From Candidatus Bathyarchaeia archaeon (GTDB lineage Archaea > Thermoproteota > Bathyarchaeia > Bathyarchaeales > Bathycorpusculaceae), in assembly GCA_050010755.1 (NCBI GenBank), contig JBEKKK010000001.1:704001-768000 (forward strand): a stretch of DNA of 64,000 nucleotides, written 5' to 3'. Under the pieces are notes generated by a model, which saw nothing but the letters and a program-made list of their open reading frames with translations, searched no databases and had not been told where the DNA came from. This document shows, in pieces, positions 1-10,347 of the stretch. The first letter of the stretch is position 1, and every line of letters starts with the position of its first letter. The position numbers were made by a program, and so were the translations under genes.

Positions 1-2
1 CA

Positions 3-644
3 GTGCGGGAGGGCATCAACGTCATGATTCGCGCGTTGGCAGGCGAAACTGTGGATCACGATGGAGAAATGATAACGGCGCACGGCCTTCATCTTTCCTT
101 TCATCCGAAGACCAGAATTCCTGTTTATTTGGCGGCCAGAAGCCCCAAGTTTATGCAGTTGGTCGGCGAATTGGCTGACGGTTCGCTGCTGAACACGCCT
201 TTTCATTACATCGAAAACGCTCTGAAAACAATTCAGGAAGGGGCCTCAAGAGCGGGAAGAAAAATGGATAAGATAGATGTTGGAAATATTCTTCCATTCG
301 CCGTCGCCGAGAATGACTCAGAGGCCCGAAAGAAAGTGAGGCATTTGGCCACTTTCATGGCGGCTTTCACTTCGATTTCGGTGCATGAGACGTTGGGAAC
401 GAAGAAAGAACGCGTAGCATCTATTCAAGAAGCTTTGTATAAAGGAAGGGAGGCTGAAGCGATGAGTTTGATGACGGATGAAATGATTGATGAGTTTTCG
501 GTGGCTGGGAGACCGAGCAAATGCCTCGGAAGGGTTGAAGAATTCTTTAAGGCTGGAGTTACGCAAATGATCTTCGTCGTCCCTGATGGGAAGAAAGGAA
601 TAATGTCAGCTGGGAAGGACATCATTTCATTTTTCAAGGCCTAG
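3..644 (+). CDS. LLM-class (Mer-like) flavin/F420-dependent oxidoreductase, 5'-truncated by window
   Basis: C-terminal luciferase-like motifs IPVYLAARSPK..LVGELADG and FSVAGRP...GVTQ. Confidence 0.8.
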   Translation: MREGINVMIRALAGETVDHDGEMITAHGLHLSFHPKTRIPVYLAARSPKFMQLVGELADGSLLNTPFHYIENALKTIQEGASRAGRKMDKIDVGNILPFAVAENDSEARKKVRHLATFMAAFTSISVHETLGTKKERVASIQEALYKGREAEAMSLMTDEMIDEFSVAGRPSKCLGRVEEFFKAGVTQMIFVVPDGKKGIMSAGKDIISFFKA

Positions 645-738
645 CATCCTGAAAACTGGCGTTTTGCCTTTTTGTTTAAGCAGATTTATTTCTGGCAAAA
701 CACATTGATAAATAACAGGTTCGGGAGCATCAACTATC

Positions 739-2595
739 GTGACATCGGGTTGGACGGGAAGAGCGCTTAACGTAGACTTGGCTTCTGGCAAGATTGAACC
801 ATACAACCTTGAAAAGCCGATACTGAAGAAGTTCCTAGGCGGACGCGGCCTGACTTCTTACTACCTTTTTGAAGAGTTGAAAGAAAAAACAGACCCATTG
901 TCGCCTGAGAACGTCCTGCTTTTTTCCGCAGGCCCCCTGGTTGGAACCATGTGGCCCACTTCTTCAAGAATAACAGTGGCGGCAAAATCACCCCTAACAA
1001 ATGGTTTAGGATACGCCCACGCTGGCGGCTACTTCGGTCCAGAACTAAAATTCGCCGGGTACGACCTGATACACATCTCAGGAAAGGCAAGAAATCCAAC
1101 GTACCTGCACGTTGAAAACGAAAAAGCCACTTTGAAGTCAGCCAAGCACATGTGGGGCAAGACAACGAGTGAAACGATAAAGACAGTTCAGGAGGAAACT
1201 GGCAGGTGCCGCGTCGCCTGTATTGGACCAGCAGGAGAAAACCTGGTTCTCATAGCCTCAATCATGACCGACAGGGATAGAGCCGCTGGCCGATGCGGAC
1301 TGGGCGCGGTCATGGGTTCAAAAAACTTGAAAGCGGTGGCGGTGACCGGAAAGAACAAGGTTGAGGCTGCACGTCCCGAGAAATTCCGCGAGCTATGCCT
1401 AGCTGCTCTCAAACAGTGGTCTCCTCAGAATCCTCGGCTGAAAGGTCTGAGCAATTATGGAACGCCGTGGTTAATTGCCACAAAGAACGAGACAGGAGAT
1501 CTTCCTGCCAAGAACCATCAGGCCGCCAGGTTTCCATGGGCTGAACAGATTTCAGGAGAAACTCTGAAGGAGAGATATTTCCTCAAACCAGAAACGTGTT
1601 ACTCGTGTCCCATCCACTGTCGAGCGTACGCAAGGGTTACAGAAGGAAAATACGCGCCTCTGGAAGGCTCGAGACCAGAGTACGAAAGCATAGATTCTTT
1701 GGGGCCGATGTGCTGGATCGCAGATTTCAGCGTCATCATGAAGGCCAACCAGCTCTGCGGTGAACTGGGATTGGACACCATATCAACGGGCGTGACCGTG
1801 TCCTTCGCTATGGAACTCTACGAAAGGGGTTTGATATCCAAGAAGGAAACTGGGTTGTCCCTAGAATGGGGAAACGCTGAGAGCACGCTGGAACTCATAA
1901 GGATGATTGCCTATCGCGAGGGATTCGGCGATGTCTTGGCGGAAGGCACGGCGAGAGCATCCGAAAGAATAGGCGGGCAGGCAAGCATGTTTGCAATGCA
2001 CGTCAAGAGAATGGAGATACCGAGACAGGAGCCGAGAACCCTGAAAGCCTTCGGCTTAGGACACGCCGTTTCTAACCGCGGAGCAGACCACCTCTACGCT
2101 CTACCGACGATTGATTCTGCCCGGAAAACGGATGTTGCAAAGCAGCTCTTCCCAGGAAAGCCCGTGGAAAAAGTCTTGGACACGAAGAACCCGAGGTACA
2201 AGCCTGAAATCGTGGTCTTCAGCGAAAACTATTGCGCAATCACGGACGCCCTAGGCGTCTGCAAATTTACTACGACGGAAACCTACGTTTTTATGCCTTC
2301 AGACCTGGCCCGAGCCCTCACAGCGCTGACGGGAGAGGATTTCACCGAAGAAGAGCTCCTGAACTGTGGAGAGAGGATAGTTAACTTGGAACGATGTTTC
2401 AACGTCCGAGAAGGGTTCTCTCGAAAAGACGATCAGTTGCCGCAGAGGTTCCTAAAGGAATCGCTCGAAGGAAGCACGGTTGAACTGGACCAGATGCTCT
2501 CAAAATACTATCGCTTACGCGGATGGTCCAACCAAGGAATCCCCCGAAAAGAAAAGCTCAGCGAACTGGGGCTGAAAACCTGCAGCGCCCGTTAG
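739..2595 (+). CDS. Tungsten aldehyde:ferredoxin oxidoreductase family protein (paralog 1)
   Basis: FLGGRGL, KSPLT, AAGRCGLGAVMGSKNLKA, CYSCPIHC, PEYE, GLDTIS, RGADH, YYRLRGW. Confidence 0.95.
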   Translation: MTSGWTGRALNVDLASGKIEPYNLEKPILKKFLGGRGLTSYYLFEELKEKTDPLSPENVLLFSAGPLVGTMWPTSSRITVAAKSPLTNGLGYAHAGGYFGPELKFAGYDLIHISGKARNPTYLHVENEKATLKSAKHMWGKTTSETIKTVQEETGRCRVACIGPAGENLVLIASIMTDRDRAAGRCGLGAVMGSKNLKAVAVTGKNKVEAARPEKFRELCLAALKQWSPQNPRLKGLSNYGTPWLIATKNETGDLPAKNHQAARFPWAEQISGETLKERYFLKPETCYSCPIHCRAYARVTEGKYAPLEGSRPEYESIDSLGPMCWIADFSVIMKANQLCGELGLDTISTGVTVSFAMELYERGLISKKETGLSLEWGNAESTLELIRMIAYREGFGDVLAEGTARASERIGGQASMFAMHVKRMEIPRQEPRTLKAFGLGHAVSNRGADHLYALPTIDSARKTDVAKQLFPGKPVEKVLDTKNPRYKPEIVVFSENYCAITDALGVCKFTTTETYVFMPSDLARALTALTGEDFTEEELLNCGERIVNLERCFNVREGFSRKDDQLPQRFLKESLEGSTVELDQMLSKYYRLRGWSNQGIPRKEKLSELGLKTCSAR

Positions 2596-4532
2596 CCATG
2601 GGGTCTTGCCTTTTTTTCTTTCGGGAGGTTCCCCGTTTTCTCAAGATCGTCTGCAACGTTTTTCAGGCCGAGTTGCTCCAGCTTCTTCCGCGGTATTAAA
2701 CCAGTTTTGACGTTCCATCCACGTGTTCTGTAATACTCATCCAGCATCGTTTCGAGCTCTACTTTTTGTCCTCTGCATGGCCCGTCTGGGCTTGGTTCTT
2801 CGGTAAACCTTGCCGGCAGTTTATCGTCTTTGCGGGACAAGCCTTCGCGAATGTTGTATGCCCTCTGGAGATTGACTATGCGTTCTCCGGCCTTTCTCAA
2901 GGATTTCTCGGTGGCTTTCATCCCTGTCGCGGCTCCGACGGCATCTGCGAGATCCTTGAAGTAAAAGATTGGTGGGTAAGCGTATCCTCCAGTGAGGCAA
3001 AGCCCTAGCGAGCTCACGACGGCTGCAAAATCCTCGCAAACCTTGACCATCACTCCCTTGTACGTTTCGTCCAGCCTGTCTGCCATTTCGGGCAGATACT
3101 GCTTGCCAAAACGTTTCCCAACAGCCTCTTCAAACCCTATCTCGTCGAGAAAAGCGGAGGCGCGCAAATGATCTGCCCCCCTCGTTGAGACTGCGTGTGC
3201 AAGCCCCATCGACTTCTGTGCTCTCCCGTCCTGGGCGGGAATGTCCATTCCTTTAACATGCATAGCGTATTTTTCCGCGCCGCGATCAAGCTGATCCGCA
3301 ACTCTCTTTGTTCCTTCGGCCAAGAGATTGCCTATGCCTTCTCGGAACGTGATCTTTCTTATCAGTTCCAGAGCAAGGTCTTTGTCCCCCCACTCGAAGG
3401 CAATGCCTCCCGTGTCTGCCTTGCTGATTATCTTTTTCTCGTAGAGTTCCATCATGAACGCTATTACGCCGCCGGTTGAAATGGTGTCGATGCCGTAGAG
3501 GTTGCAGAGGACGTGCGCCTCTATTATCGAATCGAGATCGTCGTTTCCAATTCGGCTTCCGAAAGCGCATAGCGTTTCATATTCTGGATGATCGAGGATC
3601 ATTCCCTTGAAGCGGCCCGTTTTGACTCTGATGACATTCTTGCACGCAAGCCTGCATCCGAAGCATGCCTTGTCAGCGATTTTGTATTCTTTAACAAGCA
3701 CTTCGCCGCTGATCTTGTCAGCCGTTGGGCAGACTCCTGTCTGAAAGTTTCTGGTTGGAAACCTTCCGATCTCGTTCATCGCTCCGACTAGAATCGTTGT
3801 GCCGTACTTTCTGACTTCAGGCACGAAGGGGTCCGCTCTGATTCTCTTATCTGCCTCTTTGACGAGCGCGGTAAAACGTTTCGGATCTGCGATTTCCACA
3901 CGGAGACTTCCTTTCAAGGCGAGGGCTTTCAGGTTCTTTGAGCCCATGACTGCGCCTAGTCCCGACCGTGCAGCAAGACGGAAACGGTCGGTGACTATTC
4001 CGGCGTAGCGAACAAGGTTTTCCCCGCCTTGGCCTATGCAAGCCACTTGAGTTTTCTGACCGTGGTCTTGGCATATTATCGTCATAGTTTCCTCAGTGTT
4101 TTTTCCCCAAAGGTTCCCTGCGTCTCGAATCTGTACCTCACCGTCTTCTACGTAGACGTATACAGGCTTGGAGGCACGTCCTTGGATGATGATGGCGTCA
4201 TAGCCGACGCGTTTCATTTCAGGTCCGAAGCTTCCTCCAGAATTTGCTCCTCCCAGGATGTTGGTCAGCGGGCTCTTGCCACCGACCTCGTACCTTCCTG
4301 ACTCTGGCCACGTCGTGCCAGATAGAGGCCCGACTGCAAATACTATGCGGTTCTCTGGTCCAAAAGGGTCTGTTTCTGGACTGGTTTCGTTGTAAAGAAT
4401 ATTCGTGCAGAACCCTGTGCCGCCCAGGAACTTCTCAGCATCCTCAGGGGACAAGTCTTGCCTGCTTACCTTTCCTCCTGTCAAATCTATTCGGAGGATT
4501 TTCCCCGTGTACCCCTTGTACTTCAGTGCCAC
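2592..4532 (-). CDS. Tungsten aldehyde:ferredoxin oxidoreductase family protein (paralog 2)
   Basis: GYTGKILRIDL, KSPLT, GAVMGSKNLKA, CFGCRLAC, PEYET, GIDTIS, RGADH. Start moved to GTG 4532 to avoid overlap with the upstream gene (ORF track start 4601). Confidence 0.95.
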   Translation of the reverse strand: MALKYKGYTGKILRIDLTGGKVSRQDLSPEDAEKFLGGTGFCTNILYNETSPETDPFGPENRIVFAVGPLSGTTWPESGRYEVGGKSPLTNILGGANSGGSFGPEMKRVGYDAIIIQGRASKPVYVYVEDGEVQIRDAGNLWGKNTEETMTIICQDHGQKTQVACIGQGGENLVRYAGIVTDRFRLAARSGLGAVMGSKNLKALALKGSLRVEIADPKRFTALVKEADKRIRADPFVPEVRKYGTTILVGAMNEIGRFPTRNFQTGVCPTADKISGEVLVKEYKIADKACFGCRLACKNVIRVKTGRFKGMILDHPEYETLCAFGSRIGNDDLDSIIEAHVLCNLYGIDTISTGGVIAFMMELYEKKIISKADTGGIAFEWGDKDLALELIRKITFREGIGNLLAEGTKRVADQLDRGAEKYAMHVKGMDIPAQDGRAQKSMGLAHAVSTRGADHLRASAFLDEIGFEEAVGKRFGKQYLPEMADRLDETYKGVMVKVCEDFAAVVSSLGLCLTGGYAYPPIFYFKDLADAVGAATGMKATEKSLRKAGERIVNLQRAYNIREGLSRKDDKLPARFTEEPSPDGPCRGQKVELETMLDEYYRTRGWNVKTGLIPRKKLEQLGLKNVADDLEKTGNLPKEKKARPHG

Positions 4533-4537
4533 GCGGG

Positions 4538-5635
4538 TCAGCTCCTGAACTTTATAGCTTGCCGAGGACAAACGGAGTAGCAAAGACCACAGCTGAGACA
4601 TTTACGTTTGTGTGAGACTATCTTTCCATCACTCAGAGTCAATGCTTGATAGGGGCAGAGATTTACACAAAGTCCACACAAGGTGCAGGTTTCATGATTG
4701 ATTTGAGGGTGCAGTCTTTTCTTGCTTTCCCTCTTTTGTTTCTGCAGATTTTTTAGTGCGACCCCGCGCAGCTCCTGAATTGTCTTATAGCCCTTAAGCT
4801 CCATGAATTCAACGAGCTCATTTTCTATGCGATCAAAGATTTTCAAGCCATGGAGGATGGGCGCACTGCACAGTTCAACACAACTGGCGCCTGCCATAAT
4901 CATTTCAACGGCGTCTTGGCCGCTCGAAATTCCGCCTATGCCTATTACCGGTATCTTCACTCGCGCAGCTATTTCAGCAACGCATTTCACTGCCAATGGG
5001 TGAATAGCGGACCCGGAGAGCCATCCTTCGCCATCACGAGTGCCGAGATAGGGTTTTCCAGTTTCGACATCAATCGCCAACACGGGACTAGTAGAATCGA
5101 TAGCTGACACGGCGTCGGCCCCAAATTTTTCGGTCTTGACCGCTATTCTCAGAAGATTAAGCCAATTCGCGCTCACCTTAGCTATGACGGGAATCTTCGC
5201 CGCGGACTTGGCGGCTTTAACAGTCGGCAAAATCTGATTCGCATCGTAAGTGACTGTTTCGATGAAATCTGCCCCAGCCTCTTCCACCATCGGAGCGATT
5301 TTTGCTGCTTCTTTTGCCGTGAATCCGATGCTTGCGATTATGGGCACTCCGAGGCGTTTCACCGCTGGTATTTCATGAGTAATCCATGCTCGAAGAGGAA
5401 GATCGGACCACTTTTCGGCGTTGATCAACGTGTCCACACCTATCTTTGCAATGTTAGGAGAGGGGTTTTTGGCCGCTATGAGCCTGATCGTTTTTGTGGT
5501 GACAGCGCCAAAACCCGCTCTTACTGCGCGTTCCAAGGTCTCGGCGTCGCGTCCGAACGGTCCAGCAGCGAGAACTATAGGGTTTGTCAGGTTTACTCCA
5601 CACAACGAAACGGACGTTCGAACTGTTCTTGCCAT
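4538..5635 (-). CDS. Dihydroorotate/dihydropyrimidine dehydrogenase (PreA-like) FMN TIM barrel with C-terminal 2x[4Fe-4S] domain
   Basis: NPIVLAAGP, GFGAVTTKT, GWLSG..IHP, IPVIGIGGI, CTLCGLCVNLCP and CLSCGLCYSVCP; likely ATG 5635. Confidence 0.85.
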   Translation of the reverse strand: MARTVRTSVSLCGVNLTNPIVLAAGPFGRDAETLERAVRAGFGAVTTKTIRLIAAKNPSPNIAKIGVDTLINAEKWSDLPLRAWITHEIPAVKRLGVPIIASIGFTAKEAAKIAPMVEEAGADFIETVTYDANQILPTVKAAKSAAKIPVIAKVSANWLNLLRIAVKTEKFGADAVSAIDSTSPVLAIDVETGKPYLGTRDGEGWLSGSAIHPLAVKCVAEIAARVKIPVIGIGGISSGQDAVEMIMAGASCVELCSAPILHGLKIFDRIENELVEFMELKGYKTIQELRGVALKNLQKQKRESKKRLHPQINHETCTLCGLCVNLCPYQALTLSDGKIVSHKRKCLSCGLCYSVCPRQAIKFRS

Positions 5636-5649
5636 TGCCGTTCGCTCTG

Positions 5650-6978
5650 TCAGGTTTTCCACAGCGTCTCTGCCGCTTCCATGCATCTTGTCCTCGCCTT
5701 ATCTTCATCCACGGTGAGTATTTCTTTGTTTCTCACTATTTCCTTGCCGGCTATCAGGACATTGCGAACCATGCTCCCGTTGCCGAAGACGACGAGCTGC
5801 TGAATCAGGTTTTCAGCCGTTACAGGCGTTGGAAACTTTAAGTCTACCGTTATAATGTCTGCCTGCTTATTGGGAGTTATCGAGCCTACCGTGTTTTCCA
5901 TGCGAAGGGCTCTTGCCGCGTCGATTGTCGCCATTCTAATGACGACGTCAGCTGGCATCACGCTTGCGTTTTGCAGATATCCCTTGTGTATAAGGAACGC
6001 GGCGCGCATCACTTCAAACATGTCCTGAATGTACCCGTCCGTTCCAAGCCCGACTGTAAGGCCCGTTTGCAGAAAGCTTGGAACAGGCGCTATGCCCCCG
6101 CCTACTTCACAGTTGCTCAGAGGCATGTGTGATACCTTCACATCGTGTTTCCGCAATAGTTTAGCTTCCCTCGGGAGCGTGTGCACGCACTGAGATGCCA
6201 GAACATCGGAACCTAAGAAACCTATTTCTTCGTAGAGCTCAACTGGAAGTTTCTGATACTTGGCGAGACAATGCTTCGACTCATAGGCGCCTTCTTCCAG
6301 ATGAATGTGTATTCCCGCATGGTACTCGTCGGCCTGTTCTCTCACTTTCTTCAGGAACTGCGGGCTGCAAGTGAAAGTTGTGTGTGTGCAAAACATGCCC
6401 CTAGTCAACGAATCGTTCTTTCCGTTGTGTTTCTTGATGAAGTCGATGTTTTCTTCAACTCCTTCCTCTCCATTCTCTTGGCTGATTCTTTCAGTAGCTT
6501 CGAAGCTCAGCACGGAACGCAAGCCAACCAGTTCCGTTGCTTGAGCCTCGACATCTAAGGCCCCTGGAATAGAGTTTGGTGCCTCCAAAATGTCAGAGCA
6601 GCACGTTGTTCCAGTTTTCGCCATGTGAATTGAAGACATGGTAGCAGCGGTGCTTATTTGGTCCCTGTTCAAGGCATTTTCGATACAAGGCCACCAGAAC
6701 TGCTCTAGAAAAGTGATGAAAGTTGACGTTGTTTGAGGAACGGGTAAGCCGTGCGACAGAATGCCGTACATGTGGTTGTGACTGCAAATCAGCCCTGGCA
6801 TGACGACGCATTCTTTGGCGTCGATTATTTCATCAGCGTCATAAGAGTCTTCGATTTTTTTTGCGGGTCCAACGTCCAGAATCTTGTCGCCTTCCACGAA
6901 AACGGCTCCTTTGGGAATCGTTCCGTGCTTCTTGTCCAGCGTTAGAACGTATTTTCCTTTGACGATTAATGATTTCAC
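5650..6978 (-). CDS. Metal-dependent amidohydrolase/deaminase (SsnA/MtaD-like)
   Basis: VMPGLICSHNH, HIHLEE, HMPLSN, GLGTDG, GSITPNKQAD. Confidence 0.9.
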   Translation of the reverse strand: MKSLIVKGKYVLTLDKKHGTIPKGAVFVEGDKILDVGPAKKIEDSYDADEIIDAKECVVMPGLICSHNHMYGILSHGLPVPQTTSTFITFLEQFWWPCIENALNRDQISTAATMSSIHMAKTGTTCCSDILEAPNSIPGALDVEAQATELVGLRSVLSFEATERISQENGEEGVEENIDFIKKHNGKNDSLTRGMFCTHTTFTCSPQFLKKVREQADEYHAGIHIHLEEGAYESKHCLAKYQKLPVELYEEIGFLGSDVLASQCVHTLPREAKLLRKHDVKVSHMPLSNCEVGGGIAPVPSFLQTGLTVGLGTDGYIQDMFEVMRAAFLIHKGYLQNASVMPADVVIRMATIDAARALRMENTVGSITPNKQADIITVDLKFPTPVTAENLIQQLVVFGNGSMVRNVLIAGKEIVRNKEILTVDEDKARTRCMEAAETLWKT

Positions 6979-7091
6979 GCTGAGCTTACTCCATTACTCC
7001 ATAAAATCCAACTCGGGATTAATATTTAGTGCCCAGCTGTTGTCCTATGTTTATATAACGATTCTCGCATGTTAGTTTTGAGCTGAAAAAT

Positions 7092-7988
7092 ATGCCAAAG
7101 CTCGTTCTGGATGGTATGTTCGTTCCCTGTGTCACTCCATTTACGCGTGCTGGTCGACTTGACATCGGCGGGCTCAGGGCATGTGTGCGGTTTTGGTTGG
7201 AAGGCGGAGTCTCGGGGCTGGTGCCCTGCGGCAGTAACGGCGAAGCCCCTTACCTAACTAGGCAAGAGAGGATAAGGGTGATTGAAACCGTGTTGGATGA
7301 GGTTAAAGGGAAGGTTCCTGTAATTGCCGGCACTGGCAGCATAAGCACCCAAGAGACTATCACCTTCACCAAGGATGCTGCCAACCTCGGCGTAGATGCT
7401 GCACTCGTGGTGACACCGTTTTACTTCAAACTGTCAAACAAGGAGATGCATGAACACTTTCGAGCAGTCTCAGAAGCTGTCGACATTCCCATCATCGTCT
7501 ACAATGTTCCCAAGTTCAGCGGCGTCTCTCTAGAACCCACTCAGATTCAGAACCTCGCGGTGGAAAACGAAAGGATAATCGGCATCAAAGACAGCGGTGG
7601 AAACCTCGGCACGATAACGGAAACCGTGAGGCTGATAGGCGACCGGATTTCAGTTCTGGCCGGAACGGCTGACGTGGCGCTGTCAACCCTGATGATAGGT
7701 GGGAGAGGCGCAGTGCTAGCAGTCGGAAACGTTTTTCCCACTTTGTGCAGTCGCTTATACGAGGCTTTCAAAAACAGGCGGTATGAAGAAGCAGGCAGGC
7801 TGCAGAGCCACTTATCCTTCGCAAACGAGGTACTCGTGAAGAAGTTCAATCAGGTTTCAGCAATAAAAGAGGCCATGAGACTGCATGGACTTGAAGCTGG
7901 CTACCCTCGAAAACCATCGTTGCCGTTGGACAGCGAAGGAAGGAAGGCCCTCGAAAACTTGCTCAAGGAAGTAAGTCTAGCCGCCTGA
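7092..7988 (+). CDS. Dihydrodipicolinate synthase family aldolase
   Basis: VTPF, GSNGE, VIAGTG, YNVP, GIKDS (Schiff-base Lys); TTTATATA box at 7050-7057. Confidence 0.9.
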   Translation: MPKLVLDGMFVPCVTPFTRAGRLDIGGLRACVRFWLEGGVSGLVPCGSNGEAPYLTRQERIRVIETVLDEVKGKVPVIAGTGSISTQETITFTKDAANLGVDAALVVTPFYFKLSNKEMHEHFRAVSEAVDIPIIVYNVPKFSGVSLEPTQIQNLAVENERIIGIKDSGGNLGTITETVRLIGDRISVLAGTADVALSTLMIGGRGAVLAVGNVFPTLCSRLYEAFKNRRYEEAGRLQSHLSFANEVLVKKFNQVSAIKEAMRLHGLEAGYPRKPSLPLDSEGRKALENLLKEVSLAA

Positions 7989-8115
7989 GCGCAAGACTCG
8001 AGCTTCTGAAGAACTTATTCTTCACTGAAAGTGACGGTTTTAGAAACGAATTTATGAAAACGTTAACGGCGTTTTTGGATTTTCTTGGCAGAATCCTTTT
8101 CTAGGCAGAGCGGAA

Positions 8116-9042
8116 ATGGTGGATTGCATGGCAACCAGAGCGATTAGCCCTCTTAACGTCGTCTTGATGGTTTGTCTTATCACTTTTTGGGGCAGCTCGT
8201 TCGTGGTTGTGAAAACTACTCTTGGTGAAGGGTTGACGCCTATCGCCATAGCGACCTTCAGGTTTCTCACGGCTGGGGCACTCTTCGCTATAGCTCTCCC
8301 TCTGAATAAGAGCAGAAAAGCTGATTACAAGCTTCTTGTTGAAGGAAGAGATTTTCCGAAACTTGTGTTCCTCGCATTGACTGGTGTTACTTTCTTCTTC
8401 GTCGCACAATACACTGGAATACAGATGGCTAGCGCTTCAATCGCTGCTATTCTTGTTTGTCTTCTCTCGCCGATACTCATCAGCGTTTTTTCAACTCGGA
8501 TGTTCAAAGAACAGTTGATGGGCAAAAATCTCATTGGCATTGGTGTAGCCGCTGTGGGAACGTTTGCTGTCGTCACTGGAGGAGCTTTGAGCGTTCAGGG
8601 AAGCAGCAGCTTTCTGCTCGGAAGCGCAATCTTGCTTTTCACGCCTCTCATGTGGGCCTCTTACAGCCTGATGGGAAAAAGAATCATGGAAAAGTACGAT
8701 CCCTTTCTCGTCGTGGCCTACGTTAACATACTGGGAGGGCTTTTCCTTGTTCCCTTCGCTCTGGCACAAAACTCTTTCCGCGAAGTTTTCACGCTGAGCA
8801 TCAATGAGTGGTCCGCGATTCTTTACTTGGCCTTCACCTGTTCTCTTTTAGGTTATTTCATCTGGTTCCGCGTTATGAGACAGGTGAAAGCCTCGTTGAC
8901 CAGCTCGTTCATGTTCGGAGAACCTCTTATCACAGTGCTTCTAGCCTCAATTTTCGTCGGCGAGGGCAATGAAATCACGCCGTTCACCGTGCTCGGAGCC
9001 TTGCTGATCTTAGTGGGTGTTTACCTTGTCAGTCGGAGATAG
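8116..9042 (+). CDS. DMT/EamA family transporter
   Basis: About 10 hydrophobic helices, FWGSSF and two EamA-like repeats. Confidence 0.9.
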   Translation: MVDCMATRAISPLNVVLMVCLITFWGSSFVVVKTTLGEGLTPIAIATFRFLTAGALFAIALPLNKSRKADYKLLVEGRDFPKLVFLALTGVTFFFVAQYTGIQMASASIAAILVCLLSPILISVFSTRMFKEQLMGKNLIGIGVAAVGTFAVVTGGALSVQGSSSFLLGSAILLFTPLMWASYSLMGKRIMEKYDPFLVVAYVNILGGLFLVPFALAQNSFREVFTLSINEWSAILYLAFTCSLLGYFIWFRVMRQVKASLTSSFMFGEPLITVLLASIFVGEGNEITPFTVLGALLILVGVYLVSRR

Positions 9043-9817
9043 GTAAGGGCAATTTGTTTCCAAAGAAACTGAAAATCCGCCTCGGACTGAACACTCCTAT
9101 TCTTGCGTTTCTCAGGTTTTTGCCAATCCTTGGAATCAATCCGACTGCGTCGGTACCAAGCTTGCACACGATGGCATACTCGAAGCCGCCGAGCGGTTCG
9201 ATGCCGACTACATCGCGGCTGAACCCTGCTTGTTGAACAGCCGACTCAATCCCACTGTGAGATGCTCCTAAAATATACAGTCTGTCCAGCAGCGACTGTG
9301 TCCATGCTATGTATTGTCTTCGCTGCTTTTCCGCAACTTCGGCCACAAATTGACTCTTGTCTTCGTCGATGCTGTCGATTTTCAGTGTGACGGGCAGATT
9401 TTCAGTGAAGCCGTATAATTCAGTAATTTCCTTCAAGCTGATTTTTCTTCCATCGACGAGCTGAGCTTGTAATCGTGCCAACGGGATTACCGCATCGTAA
9501 ATGCGCGGAGAGAAGACTCCGATGTCCACTCGCAGTTCATCCTTGCTTTGGTCCAAATTTGTTATGCGCCCTTTGATGGTTGAGAACCTGTGAACGTCCT
9601 CAAAGCTAGATGGGCATAGTCCAATCATGTCGTCCAAGAAGTGAAGAGCTGCGTTTTCATCTTCCCCAGAAACTGATACTTGAATCCAGCCGCGCGCGGT
9701 TGCTCCACAGGTTTTGACTTCAGCCTTCAAGCCTTCCAGCATGGATTTTAAGGCCTTGTCGAAGCTGTCTAGTCGGCGATTGTTGTGCGTTTTTGCGAAC
9801 AGCGTTACGGTAGGCAT
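9029..9817 (-). CDS. Conserved archaeal protein (DUF2110-like)
   Basis: GEDE, VDIG, CKLGTDAVGLIPRIG resemble DUF2110; overlaps the upstream HD gene; likely ATG 9817. Confidence 0.65.
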   Translation of the reverse strand: MPTVTLFAKTHNNRRLDSFDKALKSMLEGLKAEVKTCGATARGWIQVSVSGEDENAALHFLDDMIGLCPSSFEDVHRFSTIKGRITNLDQSKDELRVDIGVFSPRIYDAVIPLARLQAQLVDGRKISLKEITELYGFTENLPVTLKIDSIDEDKSQFVAEVAEKQRRQYIAWTQSLLDRLYILGASHSGIESAVQQAGFSRDVVGIEPLGGFEYAIVCKLGTDAVGLIPRIGKNLRNARIGVFSPRRIFSFFGNKLPLPISD

Positions 9818-10347
9818 TCGCAGTCCCCGACCAGGATTAGCATTTCTTCGTGCAGTTTCCACAGTCTTTGGATGGCGGGCGCCGGCAGTTCTCGTGAAAG
9901 TTCTTCTATGGTCACCTCTATGGGCACTCGCCTGGAACCTTCGATGAGCTTGTCGGCGTACGAAACGATTTTTTCTTCAAGTGATAAAGGAACGTAAATG
10001 TCTCTAGGCCACCCGAGTTTCCGAGCTTCCGTTGCCGTTATTCCTCCGCCGACGTGCCTCTTGATTATCGACACCAGAGGCTCTGGTAGACCGAGAGATC
10101 TTGCAATCTCTGCTCCCAAGACTGCGTGGTGTACGGTGTGAGTTTTGCCGCGTCCGATATCGTGCAGAAGCGCGCCGATTTCAACAAGTTGCACGTCTAC
10201 GTTGTATCCTTTCTTCCGGCAGGCTTCGGCTATTTCAACTGCAAGCGCAGAAACCGCTTCACAGTGCCTTACTACGTTTTCCCGACAGCCGCTCTCTCTG
10301 AGAAACTCCAACGCCTGGGCTCTCGTCGGGAGCTTTTCACTCACCAA
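9805..10347 (-). CDS. HD-domain protein (archaeal TIGR00295-like)
   Basis: HC..V, GALLHDIGR, RHVGGG, LEEKIVSYADKL; directly downstream of tfe. Confidence 0.85.
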   Translation of the reverse strand: MVSEKLPTRAQALEFLRESGCRENVVRHCEAVSALAVEIAEACRKKGYNVDVQLVEIGALLHDIGRGKTHTVHHAVLGAEIARSLGLPEPLVSIIKRHVGGGITATEARKLGWPRDIYVPLSLEEKIVSYADKLIEGSRRVPIEVTIEELSRELPAPAIQRLWKLHEEMLILVGDCECLP

